NCBI GenBank assembly: GCA_947053455.1
Contig: CAMRSV010000013.1
Span: 1 to 19,133, forward strand
Direction: 5' to 3'
Source of the DNA: an uncultured Alphaproteobacteria bacterium
Lineage (GTDB): Bacteria; Pseudomonadota; Alphaproteobacteria; Rs-D84
Length of the DNA stretch: 19,133 bases
The translations under genes were made by a program, and so were the position numbers. Shown here one piece after another: positions 1-8,804 of this stretch. Position 1 is the first letter of the stretch. Each line of letters opens with the position of its first letter. The notes under the pieces were generated by a model. That model searched no databases. It was given only the letters and a program-made list of their open reading frames with translations, and was not told where the DNA came from.

Positions 1-92
1 AAAATTTCACCCCCTAAAAAGGAGGTGAAGGATGTGGTTAAAATCTATACGATGCTAGCCAAATTTCAATACATTTATCTCGCAAATTTCAC

Positions 93-115
93 AAAAAGCC
101 CCCGTATAAACGGGG
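93..115 (-). terminator. Probable intrinsic terminator after aroK-mscL
   Basis: CCCCGT/ACGGGG stem followed on the minus strand by a T5 run, about 35 nt after the mscL stop. Confidence 0.55.
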
Positions 116-148
116 ACCACAAAAAGTCGAAAGAAACCTTTAATATTA

Positions 149-709
149 TTATTTATTCTTCTGTAATTTCTTAATTTTTTTAATTTGCTTTGTTGCGACA
201 TTCCCCAGGTTTCGCAGCCCTTTTTTAACTTCACTTTCGGCCGCCGCAACAGGCGCCACCGGCTTGACCACAGAACAACAATTGGGACACTTGGTTGCCG
301 CCACATTTATACTTGTTTTGCAATACGGACACGAACGAGTCGTGACAGCCTGGCCGGATCTAAATTTATTTACAACCCGAACAAACAAAAATATTGCAAA
401 CATGGTTATTATAAAGCTAACTATGGAATTAAGGAAAAAACCTATGTTCATCGTTGCCGCCCCGGCAGCCTGCGCCGACGCAACCGTAGCATAATGCACC
501 CCGGGCTCGCCGCCAGACAAAACGATAAAAAACTGCGAAAAATCAATGCCACCCAACAACAAACCAATCGGCGGCATAATAATATCTTTAACCAAAGAAT
601 TTACAACACTTGTCATAACGCTGCCAACGATTATACCAACCGCCATATCAATCGCATTTCCACGATTAATAAATGCCCCAAATTCTTTTAATATATTACC
701 TTTAGCCAT
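149..709 (-). CDS. mscL: Large-conductance mechanosensitive channel with C-terminal CxxC..CxxC zinc-ribbon extension
   Basis: LKEFGAFINRGNAIDMAVGIIVG and VNSLVKDIIMPPIG motifs, two TM segments, CPYC...CPNC tail; ATG at 709 overlaps the 3' end of aroK. Confidence 0.95.
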   Translation of the reverse strand: MAKGNILKEFGAFINRGNAIDMAVGIIVGSVMTSVVNSLVKDIIMPPIGLLLGGIDFSQFFIVLSGGEPGVHYATVASAQAAGAATMNIGFFLNSIVSFIITMFAIFLFVRVVNKFRSGQAVTTRSCPYCKTSINVAATKCPNCCSVVKPVAPVAAAESEVKKGLRNLGNVATKQIKKIKKLQKNK

Positions 710-1268
710 CACTCTCTTCTTTGTTTATATATTTTTCAACCGCCCCCACAACCTTGCTCAAAGTTCTTCGCAGGCTTTCATCACATGTTTTTACAGTGAT
801 ATCCGCCATTGCATAAATATCATACCGTTCCGCAATTAATTGCGCCAATATCTTGCGGCTGTCTGCGTGCAACAACTGCGGGCGCGTATCACGAAAATTT
901 GTTCTTTTAACAAGTAAATCCAAGTCTGCCTTTAACCAAATTGTTAACGCTTTTTTTAGCGCCATTTCACGAACCGCAGGCGTTATAAATGCCCCCTCTC
1001 CGGTCGAAATAACCTTGACCGACGGCGCAGAATCCAACAAGCGCGAAATTACACGCTGCTCAACACGACGGAACTCAGCCTCGCCATACATGGAAAATAT
1101 ATCAACAACACTGCACCCGGCAGCATTTTCAATCTCTTTGTCGGAATCAACAAAAGGAACCCCAAGCCTACGCGCCAAGGCACGCCCTACACTGGTCTTG
1201 CCCGCCCCCATAAGACCAACCATCATTATCGGTTTATCCAATTTAATTTCCGAATTTTCTTCTTTCAT
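702..1268 (-). CDS. aroK: Shikimate kinase
   Basis: Walker A GLMGAGKT, FVDSD, GEAEFRRVE, RPxL and ERY..Y motifs; the usual GGG motif reads TGEG. Confidence 0.88.
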   Translation of the reverse strand: MKEENSEIKLDKPIMMVGLMGAGKTSVGRALARRLGVPFVDSDKEIENAAGCSVVDIFSMYGEAEFRRVEQRVISRLLDSAPSVKVISTGEGAFITPAVREMALKKALTIWLKADLDLLVKRTNFRDTRPQLLHADSRKILAQLIAERYDIYAMADITVKTCDESLRRTLSKVVGAVEKYINKEESDG

Positions 1269-1276
1269 AAGAATAG

Positions 1277-1305
1277 ATTGTAATAGAATTTATTAAATTA
1301 AACAA
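1277..1305 (-). promoter_or_regulatory. Putative sigma70 promoter of aroK (near-leaderless)
   Basis: TTGTTT-17 nt-TACAAT, 8 nt before the ATG, no Shine-Dalgarno. Confidence 0.5.
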
Positions 1306-1394
1306 TAAAAAAGCACACCATGCAAACCGTGCCAACACCAAATTATAAATAGCATAAAAAATAATAAATAACTATCTATATAGTCTAATAAATT

Positions 1395-1946
1395 TTAATT
1401 TTTCCATATACACGTTCCCATATATGTATATGACCCGGTTGAATCCACACCAGTTGAACCGGCAGGTTTATAACAAGCCGTTTTTGCCGTTGACCCAGGC
1501 GATGACAATCCACCATCTGGACATGGAGAGCATCCGCTGGTGCCATTTGTTGAACTGCCAAAATAATTTCCGGCACATCTATATGTGCTGACATACACAC
1601 ACTTATTACAACTGCAACTTGCGGTTTTATAAACTTGATAGCCCGTATTTGCCGATGTCCACCCAATATTATTACAGTTTGTACACCCTTTGCAATCTTC
1701 CACGCAATAATTATAAGCCATCGTAGGCATAATATCATCGCCTGTTACGACATAACCAGATTCTATTTTATAACCCGAATTACACGTTTGGCAGGTATAA
1801 AAATGATCTCTATAATTTGGCGCCGCCATGACAGTGTAATAGGCACAGTTTCTCGGCTTTGCATTCAGACAATTCGAACACTCTTCTGCAGCAAATGCCG
1901 CATTTGCACACGAAATCAAAACAAACAGAACAAATATCTTTCTCAT
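1395..1946 (-). CDS. Secreted cysteine-rich protein (183 aa) with a GCC2/GCC3 (ephrin-receptor-like) C-terminal motif
   Basis: ATG at 1946 preceded by AGGGTGGG; signal peptide MRKIFVLFVLISCANAAFA; 18 Cys with several CxxC; CSPCPDGGLSSPGSTAKTAC motif. Confidence 0.85.
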   Translation of the reverse strand: MRKIFVLFVLISCANAAFAAEECSNCLNAKPRNCAYYTVMAAPNYRDHFYTCQTCNSGYKIESGYVVTGDDIMPTMAYNYCVEDCKGCTNCNNIGWTSANTGYQVYKTASCSCNKCVYVSTYRCAGNYFGSSTNGTSGCSPCPDGGLSSPGSTAKTACYKPAGSTGVDSTGSYTYMGTCIWKN

Positions 1947-1965
1947 GTTTCCCACCCTGTTTTGC

Positions 1966-1991
1966 AAAAACCACCAATTTCATTGGTGGCC
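1966..1991 (-). terminator. Leader (attenuator-type) terminator overlapping the 3' end of the c4-like RNA
   Basis: CCACCAAT-GAA-ATTGGTGG followed by T5, about 20 nt before the start codon. Confidence 0.65.
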
Positions 1992-2056
1992 GGGAGGTTG
2001 GAAACAATCGTAAGAATCGTGTCGCGTATTTTTAATATTCGGCGACCCTCCCGACC
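1984..2056 (-). ncRNA. Putative ~73-nt tRNA-like c4/CI-type antisense RNA
   Basis: Closing stem GGTCGGGAGG/CCTCCCGGCC followed by ACCA; inner hairpin GTCGC...GCGAC; unpaired b' and a' segments. Confidence 0.65.
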
Positions 2057-2547
2057 AATGGCCAGGAGTACTTTTCATCGAACATGTTAAAATTGGCGCA
2101 GATTGCGCGCCACAGGAACAAATTCGACGCTTACGAAGGGTTTCCACACCCCGTTGACGGAACACCCGTCAACATTTTTATTTTAACACATAAAACAAAT
2201 CAATGCAACCGCAATCAAAATACCACGCCGACCGCCACATGTAAGAAAACGCATTTCATATCAATCAAAAAACAACACGATATACGTTTTTAACACACAA
2301 AAACACATAATATTTCGGCCTTAAAACCAAACAACAACAGGAAAACCTATCAAATAAATCCACACAACAGGGCATTAGCCATCAAAGGCGTCACACAAAA
2401 TAAAATTACCACGCGCCATTTCAAATACAGCGCGCCCTCACCTTGACATTTAACAAAAAATACGAGTACAAAATGACTCGTTTTATAATATTTTTAAACA
2501 GCTGTATCGCGAACATCCATTACCGATACAACAATAATAATTGCGAC

Positions 2548-2573
2548 AAAAAACCGCCATATGGCGGTTTTTT
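2548..2573. terminator. Bidirectional intrinsic terminator after prfA
   Basis: A6-CCGCCATATGGCGG-T6 palindrome at the prfA stop. Confidence 0.85.
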
Positions 2574-3636
2574 ATTCCATATTCGCCAATTGTTCCAATT
2601 GGTCGGCAGCAATCAACGCATCAATCATTTCGTCTAACCCCGCCCCACCAGCTAGAATATCATCCAACTTGTACAGCGTCAGTTTTATACGATGATCTGT
2701 GACACGCTGCTCTGGGAAATTATACGTACGGATTTTTTCACTGCGGTCGCCCGAACCAACCATGGTTTTACGCGACGCATTACTAGCATCCATTTGTTCG
2801 GCACGCTGTTTTTCGTATAACTTTGATCGCAAGACCGCCATTGCAGACATCTTGTTCTGCAACTGCGAGCGTTCATTTTGACACGTAACAACTATTCCGG
2901 ACGGAAAATGTGTTATTCGGATTGCACTGTCTGTTTTATTAACATGCTGGCCGCCGGCGCCGGATGCCCGGAAAATATCAATGCGGATATCCTTGTCCTC
3001 AATTACAACATCAATTTCCTTGGCCTCGGGCATAACGGCGACGGATGCCGCGCTGGTATGAATGCGACCGCCGGCCTCTGTTTCCGGAACACGCTGAACA
3101 CGATGAATACCCGATTCAAATTTCATGCGCCCGTACGCACCTGCACCATCAATTTTGAAAACAATCTCCTTGTACCCACGCAAAGACGTTGCATTTTCTT
3201 CGATAATTTCTATCTTCCACCCCTGGCGCAGTGCATAAGACTTATACTGATTAAACAAATCGCCCGCAAATAATGCCGATTCTTCGCCGCCAACGCCCGC
3301 ACGAATTTCCATAATAACACTGTTGTCGTCGGCATCATCACGCGGCAGCAATGCAATCTGCAACTTCTTTTCTATTTCTGGCAGTACATGATTTAACTCC
3401 GCCAACTGTTCAGCTGCAATTGATTTTAATTCCGCATCATGCTGCATTTCCATGGCGTCAGAAATTCCCTGCGTCGTTTGAAAATATTCGTTTATTAACG
3501 GCAATATTTCCGAAAGGCGCGAATATTCCTTGGACAGACGTGTCAATTCATCACCAGTTGCCGCCCCGGAATTCATTTGTGCTTCTATATCCGCGGCGCG
3601 GTTTTGAATGTCTTTTAATTTTTGCTCAATTATCAT
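2572..3636 (-). CDS. prfA: Peptide chain release factor 1
   Basis: GGQ motif (GAGGQHVNKTDSA), PxT motif (RVPETE), RTYNFP and RVTDHRI. Confidence 0.98.
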   Translation of the reverse strand: MIIEQKLKDIQNRAADIEAQMNSGAATGDELTRLSKEYSRLSEILPLINEYFQTTQGISDAMEMQHDAELKSIAAEQLAELNHVLPEIEKKLQIALLPRDDADDNSVIMEIRAGVGGEESALFAGDLFNQYKSYALRQGWKIEIIEENATSLRGYKEIVFKIDGAGAYGRMKFESGIHRVQRVPETEAGGRIHTSAASVAVMPEAKEIDVVIEDKDIRIDIFRASGAGGQHVNKTDSAIRITHFPSGIVVTCQNERSQLQNKMSAMAVLRSKLYEKQRAEQMDASNASRKTMVGSGDRSEKIRTYNFPEQRVTDHRIKLTLYKLDDILAGGAGLDEMIDALIAADQLEQLANME

Positions 3637-3638
3637 TT

Positions 3639-4940
3639 TTATGCACTCTTTAACAATTCAATTGCAGATTCAATAGACAGATTTTGCTGTTCTCCACTTT
3701 CCATATTCTTTACAGCCAAGCATTGATTTTTTACTTCGTCTTCGCCAATTATTATACTGTATTTAGCCTTTATTTTATCAGCATACTCTATCTGATTTTT
3801 GAACTTTTTATCTGCATCCAGATATGGCACCGCGGCAATGCCGGCATTTTGCAGTGCATCAACAACGCGCATCGCATACCAAACGTTATCAGAGCCCATA
3901 ATCAGTACCGCCGCATCAACCGGATGCGAAAACGGCGCCAAATCAATACGCCCCATTTCCATCAATGCAACAAACATACGCGAAAATCCGATTGCCGCCC
4001 CAACCCCAATTATCTTGGTTTTACTGAACTTTTCCGCCAAATCAGCATAACGACCACCACCGGCCGCAGTCCCAAGTTCGGGGTGCGCCGGCAATTTGAA
4101 TTCAAAAACAAGCCCGGTGTAATACGCCAATCCGCGCGCAATAGATAAATCTATTTTCGCATTTTTTACACCGAACGCCTCAAGGGTTTTCATAAAATCT
4201 GTCAGTTCTTTTATAGCGGAATCTAACTTGTCAGATTTTCCAACGAAACGCAAATAACCATCTGCAAATACTGATTTTATTTCATTTTCTTTTTGCTCAT
4301 CTCCGAGTGTATCATGCAATCCATCTGCAAAATCTTCATCACCCATTTTGTCTTTTTTATCAATCATAATGAATGCGTTTTTCTTTTGCGTCAAATCCAA
4401 CCCCAAATAATCAAACAATGCATCCCAAAAAGGACGACTGCCAACATGAACAACATTGTCACCGATAAATTCATGTACAGAATCCAACGCACGTTGAATA
4501 ACCGCGATGATTTCAGCATCATAGTTTGTCGATAGTGCCCCAATCCCCAAAATATCCAAATCCATCTGATAAAATTCGCGATAGCGACCACGCTGTGCGC
4601 GTTCACCGCGGTAACGCTTGGAAAATTGAGATGCGCGAAACGGGAACACCAAATCATTCAAATGCCCCGCAACATACCGCGACAGCCCGACCGTACCATC
4701 ATAACGCAGGCCCATCTTGGTGTCGCCCTTTTGAAACAGAAACATCTGGGTTTCAATTTCATCCCAGTTATCTTTGTCAGTTAAAACCTCGGCTCGTTCT
4801 ATGGCCGGCAAATCCAGGTTTGAAAAACCCGCCGTGCGCAACACACGCAACATTCGCCCCGCACATTCGTCAAAGCATCTCTGCTGGGCGGGTAATAATT
4901 CTATAAATCCGGATAAAGGTTTTGTTGGTTTAAGATCCAT
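3639..4940 (-). CDS. hisS: Histidine--tRNA ligase
   Basis: LRYDGT, RGERAQRGRYREFYQ, ARGLAYYTG, GGGRY and a C-terminal anticodon-binding domain. Confidence 0.97.
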   Translation of the reverse strand: MDLKPTKPLSGFIELLPAQQRCFDECAGRMLRVLRTAGFSNLDLPAIERAEVLTDKDNWDEIETQMFLFQKGDTKMGLRYDGTVGLSRYVAGHLNDLVFPFRASQFSKRYRGERAQRGRYREFYQMDLDILGIGALSTNYDAEIIAVIQRALDSVHEFIGDNVVHVGSRPFWDALFDYLGLDLTQKKNAFIMIDKKDKMGDEDFADGLHDTLGDEQKENEIKSVFADGYLRFVGKSDKLDSAIKELTDFMKTLEAFGVKNAKIDLSIARGLAYYTGLVFEFKLPAHPELGTAAGGGRYADLAEKFSKTKIIGVGAAIGFSRMFVALMEMGRIDLAPFSHPVDAAVLIMGSDNVWYAMRVVDALQNAGIAAVPYLDADKKFKNQIEYADKIKAKYSIIIGEDEVKNQCLAVKNMESGEQQNLSIESAIELLKSA

Positions 4941-5015
4941 TTTTTATTCCTATGTTGTAATTCGGGATTTTAATCGCGTGTCTTCCGCGGCATTAAATAC
5001 AAAAAAGTAAAAATG

Positions 5016-5075
5016 CTATAATTCGCCCCCAAGGGCGTGATGCGGATTTTGAAAAGTAATTTTGCTTGTTATCAT
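5016..5075 (-). CDS. Putative hisS leader peptide MITSKITFQNPHHALGGEL (tandem His codons)
   Basis: 19-aa ORF with CAT-CAC, just downstream of TTGAAT(5112-5107)-16-TAAAAT(5090-5085) and ending 75 nt before hisS. Confidence 0.55.
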   Translation of the reverse strand: MITSKITFQNPHHALGGEL

Positions 5076-5131
5076 CACCTTTTGATTTTAGCGATTTTTT
5101 TTCAAAATTCAACATTTTTAAGGTGTTTTTT

Positions 5132-5839
5132 CTAAAAATACCGATGCAATTCGCCGCCATGGCGTGTCAGCCATTGCTTGGCACGTTCAACACCGAAACC
5201 GTATAGTTCGCCAACAGTTGCCCAAAACGCCGGCGAATGATTCATATGGCGCATATGCGCCAATTCATGCATTATGACATAGCGCATAACACTTGGCGGT
5301 GCAAATGCCAGGCGCCATGAAAAAGACATTGTGCCGGTTGTAGAACAACTGCCCCAGCGGGTGGACGCGTCACGCACAGCAATACGCCGCGGCCAAAATT
5401 CACGCGGCGCGGTCTTAATAATTTCACGTACCGCAGATAAAAATTCCGCTTTGATAAAATCGCGTGCGCGGCGCTCAAACATATCAGCCCCACCCCCGAT
5501 TATCAAGATTGCCCCGCCGTCATCTTTCAAAACAAACTTGTTGGCGCGCAGGGCGGGATTATGCGCCAATTCAACCCGACGCCCCAAAAATTCAATCACA
5601 TCCCCGGGGGTCAAAGTTATTTTCACCGGCGCGGCGGCAAAAATCCGTTCAACCCACCGACGTTTTGATTCCAAAAAGCGCAATGCCGCACCCGCGGATG
5701 TTAAAAACGGTTTTGAAATATGAATTTCGCGAACAGGACGTGTTTTTGGACGTAACGTGATATTACGCGCGCCGCGCCGCGTTTGAATAATCACCGGCAA
5801 ATCTTCGCCGTTTGATAATGTAAAAACATTTTCGGACAT
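5132..5839 (-). CDS. YgjP/DUF45-type (M48/SprT-like) zinc metallopeptidase-fold protein
   Basis: RWGSCS, YVIMHELAH (HExxH) and NHSPAFW motifs. Confidence 0.9.
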   Translation of the reverse strand: MSENVFTLSNGEDLPVIIQTRRGARNITLRPKTRPVREIHISKPFLTSAGAALRFLESKRRWVERIFAAAPVKITLTPGDVIEFLGRRVELAHNPALRANKFVLKDDGGAILIIGGGADMFERRARDFIKAEFLSAVREIIKTAPREFWPRRIAVRDASTRWGSCSTTGTMSFSWRLAFAPPSVMRYVIMHELAHMRHMNHSPAFWATVGELYGFGVERAKQWLTRHGGELHRYF

Positions 5840-5843
5840 TATA

Positions 5844-7625
5844 TTATTTCAGTTCACGCTTTAAATCACGTGCGATTGCATCCGCATCAAAACCAAAACT
5901 GCGATACACTGCATCCGCGGAACCGGAAGCCCCAAATTTATCAATTCCAATAACAACATCCGCAAATTCAAACCATGGTGCGGACGCAGCCGCCTCTATC
6001 GCAACAACGCGCCCCCGCAGAACTTTGCGCTTGTATTCCGCGTCCTGTGCGCGAAAATTCGAAACCGACGGCATTGACACAACCTGAACCCCGTCCCCCA
6101 GACGCGACGCCACATCAGTGGCAAGCGCAACCTCGGCCCCGGTGGCGACGATTGTCATTCTTACACGCGAAGATTTAGCGGGTCTAATTACATACGCACC
6201 GCGCGCGATATCCGAACCCACAGGCGTTTCGATTTGAGCAAACTTCTGACGTGATAAAATTATCGCCGTCGGCCGCGACGTGTCAGCCACCGCCGTGCGC
6301 CACGAGTATGCCACCTCTGCCCCGTTGCAGGGACGAAAAACATTCAAATTCGGTATCAATCGCAATGACGGCAATTGCTCAACCGGCTGATGCGTTGGGC
6401 CGTCTTCGCCGACACAAATGCTGTCATGCGTAAACACATAAATCACGGGCAAACCCGACAAGGCAGCGATTCTTATGCTGGGGCGCATATAATCACTAAA
6501 CACCAGAAATGTAGAACCGACAGGTCGTAATCCATCGGCGGCGATTCCGTTCATTATCGCACCCATTGCATGTTCACGCACGCCATAGTTTATATAATTT
6601 CCGGTAAAATCGGCCGGCGTAATATCACGATGCGCAGCGATTTTAACATTTGTACTGCCCCCCAAATCCGCACTGCCCACCAATAGTGGCACGCCGGCGC
6701 CCAACAACTCATTTAAATAAATGCCCGATAATTCGCGCGTAGAAACATTTTCACCCGCCACAGGCACCGGTAATTTCGGCAATCGAATACGAATATCCGG
6801 CGCGACAACATCATTCGCACCGGCGGCGATTGCATTCCATAATTCCAACCCCGGCGCAGATGCATATTCTGCCGCAAGTTTTTCCAATTCATCGCCAGGT
6901 ACCGCGTATCCGTGCGCCTGCGCGGTTCCAACAACACTGGTTCCCGTTCCGATTCGCGTCTGCAACTGAACAAACGTGGGCATATCTTGATTTTGCGCAT
7001 CCGTCAAAATTTTATTTATCTTATCAAAATCATTGGACGGCGCCGTTGCAACACGCCAACCAGCCGCACGCATGCGTGCGGGAACATCAACATCTGTTTG
7101 AGCCACGCCATCAATACTAATGCCGTTATCAACCCAGATTAAAACCATGTTGCCTAATTTATAGCGCCCCGCAAATGCGATTGATTCCTGGGTCACGCCC
7201 TCCATCAAATCGCCATCGCCACATACACAATATATTCGGGCATCAGACTTTTTAACCTTTTCCGCCAAGGCATATCCAACAGCGTTTCCGACCCCCTGAC
7301 CCAGTGGGCCAGTCGTTGCGTCAACGCCCGCGATACCGAATTCTGGATGTCCCGGCAATCCACCAAGTTTGCGAAATTCAGTCAAATTCCCAACATCATA
7401 ACCCGCCAGCTTTAAGACAGAATACAGCAGCGCACTGCCATGCCCGGCGGACAACACAAATCTATCACGCCCGCGACGCAAAAAGTTTGCATAAATCGTT
7501 GTGATAACATCCGCCGCATCCATAACAATTCCGACATGACCGCTTTTTGCGCACAGCAGCGCACCCAACGCACCAGATCGCGCCATATTGGACATTTCAA
7601 GTAATTGTTTGGCATTAAACTTCAT
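5844..7625 (-). CDS. tkt: Transketolase (compact, 593 aa)
   Basis: SGH, DRFVLSAGH, PGHPE, TTGPLGQG, GDGDLMEG, GVREHAM and GEDGPTHQP motifs. Confidence 0.96.
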   Translation of the reverse strand: MKFNAKQLLEMSNMARSGALGALLCAKSGHVGIVMDAADVITTIYANFLRRGRDRFVLSAGHGSALLYSVLKLAGYDVGNLTEFRKLGGLPGHPEFGIAGVDATTGPLGQGVGNAVGYALAEKVKKSDARIYCVCGDGDLMEGVTQESIAFAGRYKLGNMVLIWVDNGISIDGVAQTDVDVPARMRAAGWRVATAPSNDFDKINKILTDAQNQDMPTFVQLQTRIGTGTSVVGTAQAHGYAVPGDELEKLAAEYASAPGLELWNAIAAGANDVVAPDIRIRLPKLPVPVAGENVSTRELSGIYLNELLGAGVPLLVGSADLGGSTNVKIAAHRDITPADFTGNYINYGVREHAMGAIMNGIAADGLRPVGSTFLVFSDYMRPSIRIAALSGLPVIYVFTHDSICVGEDGPTHQPVEQLPSLRLIPNLNVFRPCNGAEVAYSWRTAVADTSRPTAIILSRQKFAQIETPVGSDIARGAYVIRPAKSSRVRMTIVATGAEVALATDVASRLGDGVQVVSMPSVSNFRAQDAEYKRKVLRGRVVAIEAAASAPWFEFADVVIGIDKFGASGSADAVYRSFGFDADAIARDLKRELK

Positions 7626-7663
7626 AATGTGATATATTATACCACATAAAAAGGTATATTAAA

Positions 7664-8098
7664 ATGTTAAAAATTTGGACTGACGGCAGCTGCTTGGGAA
7701 ACCCGGGACCTGGCGGTTGGGCATTTGTTGCGACAGACGGCACAAATATGGCCGAAAGGTGTGGCGCAGAAAAAGACACGACAAACAACCGTATGGAACT
7801 GATGGCGGTTATACGAGCCCTCAACGCGGCACGGCGACATTGCGAACTAGAAATACACACAGACAGCCAATATGTAAAAAACGGCATGCAATCATGGATG
7901 AAAAACTGGAAACGAAACAATTGGCGCACAGCAGATAAAAAGCCTGTAAAAAATCAGGACTTGTGGCAGCAATTGGATGCAGCAGCACAGAACACAAAGA
8001 TTCATTGGGTTTGGGTTCGTGGGCACAACGGCGAAGAATTTAATGAACGCTGCGATGCGCTGGCGCGCGATGCGGCGGCAAAAGTTTTACACGAATAA
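7664..8098 (+). CDS. rnhA: Ribonuclease HI
   Basis: TDGSCLGNPGPGG, TTNNRMEL, TDSQY, KNQDLW, WVRGH and NERCD motifs. Confidence 0.98.
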   Translation: MLKIWTDGSCLGNPGPGGWAFVATDGTNMAERCGAEKDTTNNRMELMAVIRALNAARRHCELEIHTDSQYVKNGMQSWMKNWKRNNWRTADKKPVKNQDLWQQLDAAAQNTKIHWVWVRGHNGEEFNERCDALARDAAAKVLHE

Positions 8099-8127
8099 AA
8101 AAATCCCCAAAAACTGGGGATTTTTTT
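8097..8127. terminator. Bidirectional terminator between convergent rnhA and the hypothetical gene
   Basis: A7-TCCCCA-loop-TGGGGA-T7, overlapping both stop codons. Confidence 0.85.
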
Positions 8128-8773
8128 ATTCATACTGACGCGCAATCGCGGCAAATGCACGCCGATAATTACCGTCACGCACCAAGCGATGCAAAAAGTC
8201 ATTTATGCCCAACTGCGACGCATTCCGGCAGCCGGGATACGCCCATGCGTTAAACCATTTTTTATTTAATACCCCAACCTGACCATTTTTGGTGTTACAC
8301 ACAATCATATTTATGATCACACAATTACCATCAGAGAAATGTTCGCCAATCGGTGTCCATACCCTACTTTTTGTATAATAGACCGAATCAGTCGTCATCG
8401 CAGTGACAACCAACGGTTCAATATTTTTAAATTCCGGCAATTGCTGCAAAGACAATTTAACCTTGTCCGCCAAATGCGCCTCTGCAATATTATTATATAC
8501 AGGTACACCGTTATACGCTTTACGGTTATATTCCCTGGCATCCAGATTATAACATATGCAGTTTGCGTAAACACCCGCACCCAACAGATTTTTTACATCA
8601 TCCATCGACAAAGGATTTATCACGACACCATTCGCCAATTTTACAGACTTTTTTACACACGTACGTTTAACCGGACGAACATTTTCCAAAATTTTACGGT
8701 TCGCAGGATTTTGCATTAATTTGTCATAAACCTGCTTGTTGATTTCATATACAGTTATCTCATAATTTGCCAT
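8126..8773 (-). CDS. Hypothetical protein (215 aa)
   Basis: Long ORF with an AGGGA RBS, its own consensus promoter and a terminator; no recognised family. Confidence 0.8.
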   Translation of the reverse strand: MANYEITVYEINKQVYDKLMQNPANRKILENVRPVKRTCVKKSVKLANGVVINPLSMDDVKNLLGAGVYANCICYNLDAREYNRKAYNGVPVYNNIAEAHLADKVKLSLQQLPEFKNIEPLVVTAMTTDSVYYTKSRVWTPIGEHFSDGNCVIINMIVCNTKNGQVGVLNKKWFNAWAYPGCRNASQLGINDFLHRLVRDGNYRRAFAAIARQYE

Positions 8774-8804
8774 TTTATGTCCCTATTAATTTAATTATAT
8801 GCAC

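Larger units (their letters stand above)
1947..2208 (-). promoter_or_regulatory. c4/CI-like antisense-RNA leader cassette, copy 1
   Basis: TTGCAT(2208-2203)-17-TAAAAT(2185-2180); 8-bp hairpin 2153-2173; a1 TGGAAAC (2146-2140) and b1 TCGTAAG (2136-2130) are exactly complementary to a' GTTTCCA (2005-1999) and b' CTTACGA (2014-2008); GGAAAC repeated immediately before the ATG. Confidence 0.75.

Noticed and set aside
6-68. Promoter-like element and hairpin at the left edge as a third cassette
   Set aside because: It lacks the GGGG-plus-seed pattern after the hairpin and is cut by the window edge
1984-2056. Cassette RNAs as true tRNAs, SRP RNA, riboswitches or CRISPR repeats
   Set aside because: There is no T-loop or anticodon arm, no SRP domain IV motif, no recognisable aptamer consensus and no regularly spaced direct repeats
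1980-2165. 61-aa ORF inside leader copy 1 (possible Ash/Icd-like peptide)
   Set aside because: It has no RBS, starts inside the 5' hairpin and has no similarity to the ORF over copy 2; RNA structure explains the sequence better
5844-7625. Short transketolase as a pseudogene
   Set aside because: The catalytic and TPP-binding motifs are present in one uninterrupted frame; the shortening looks like loop loss
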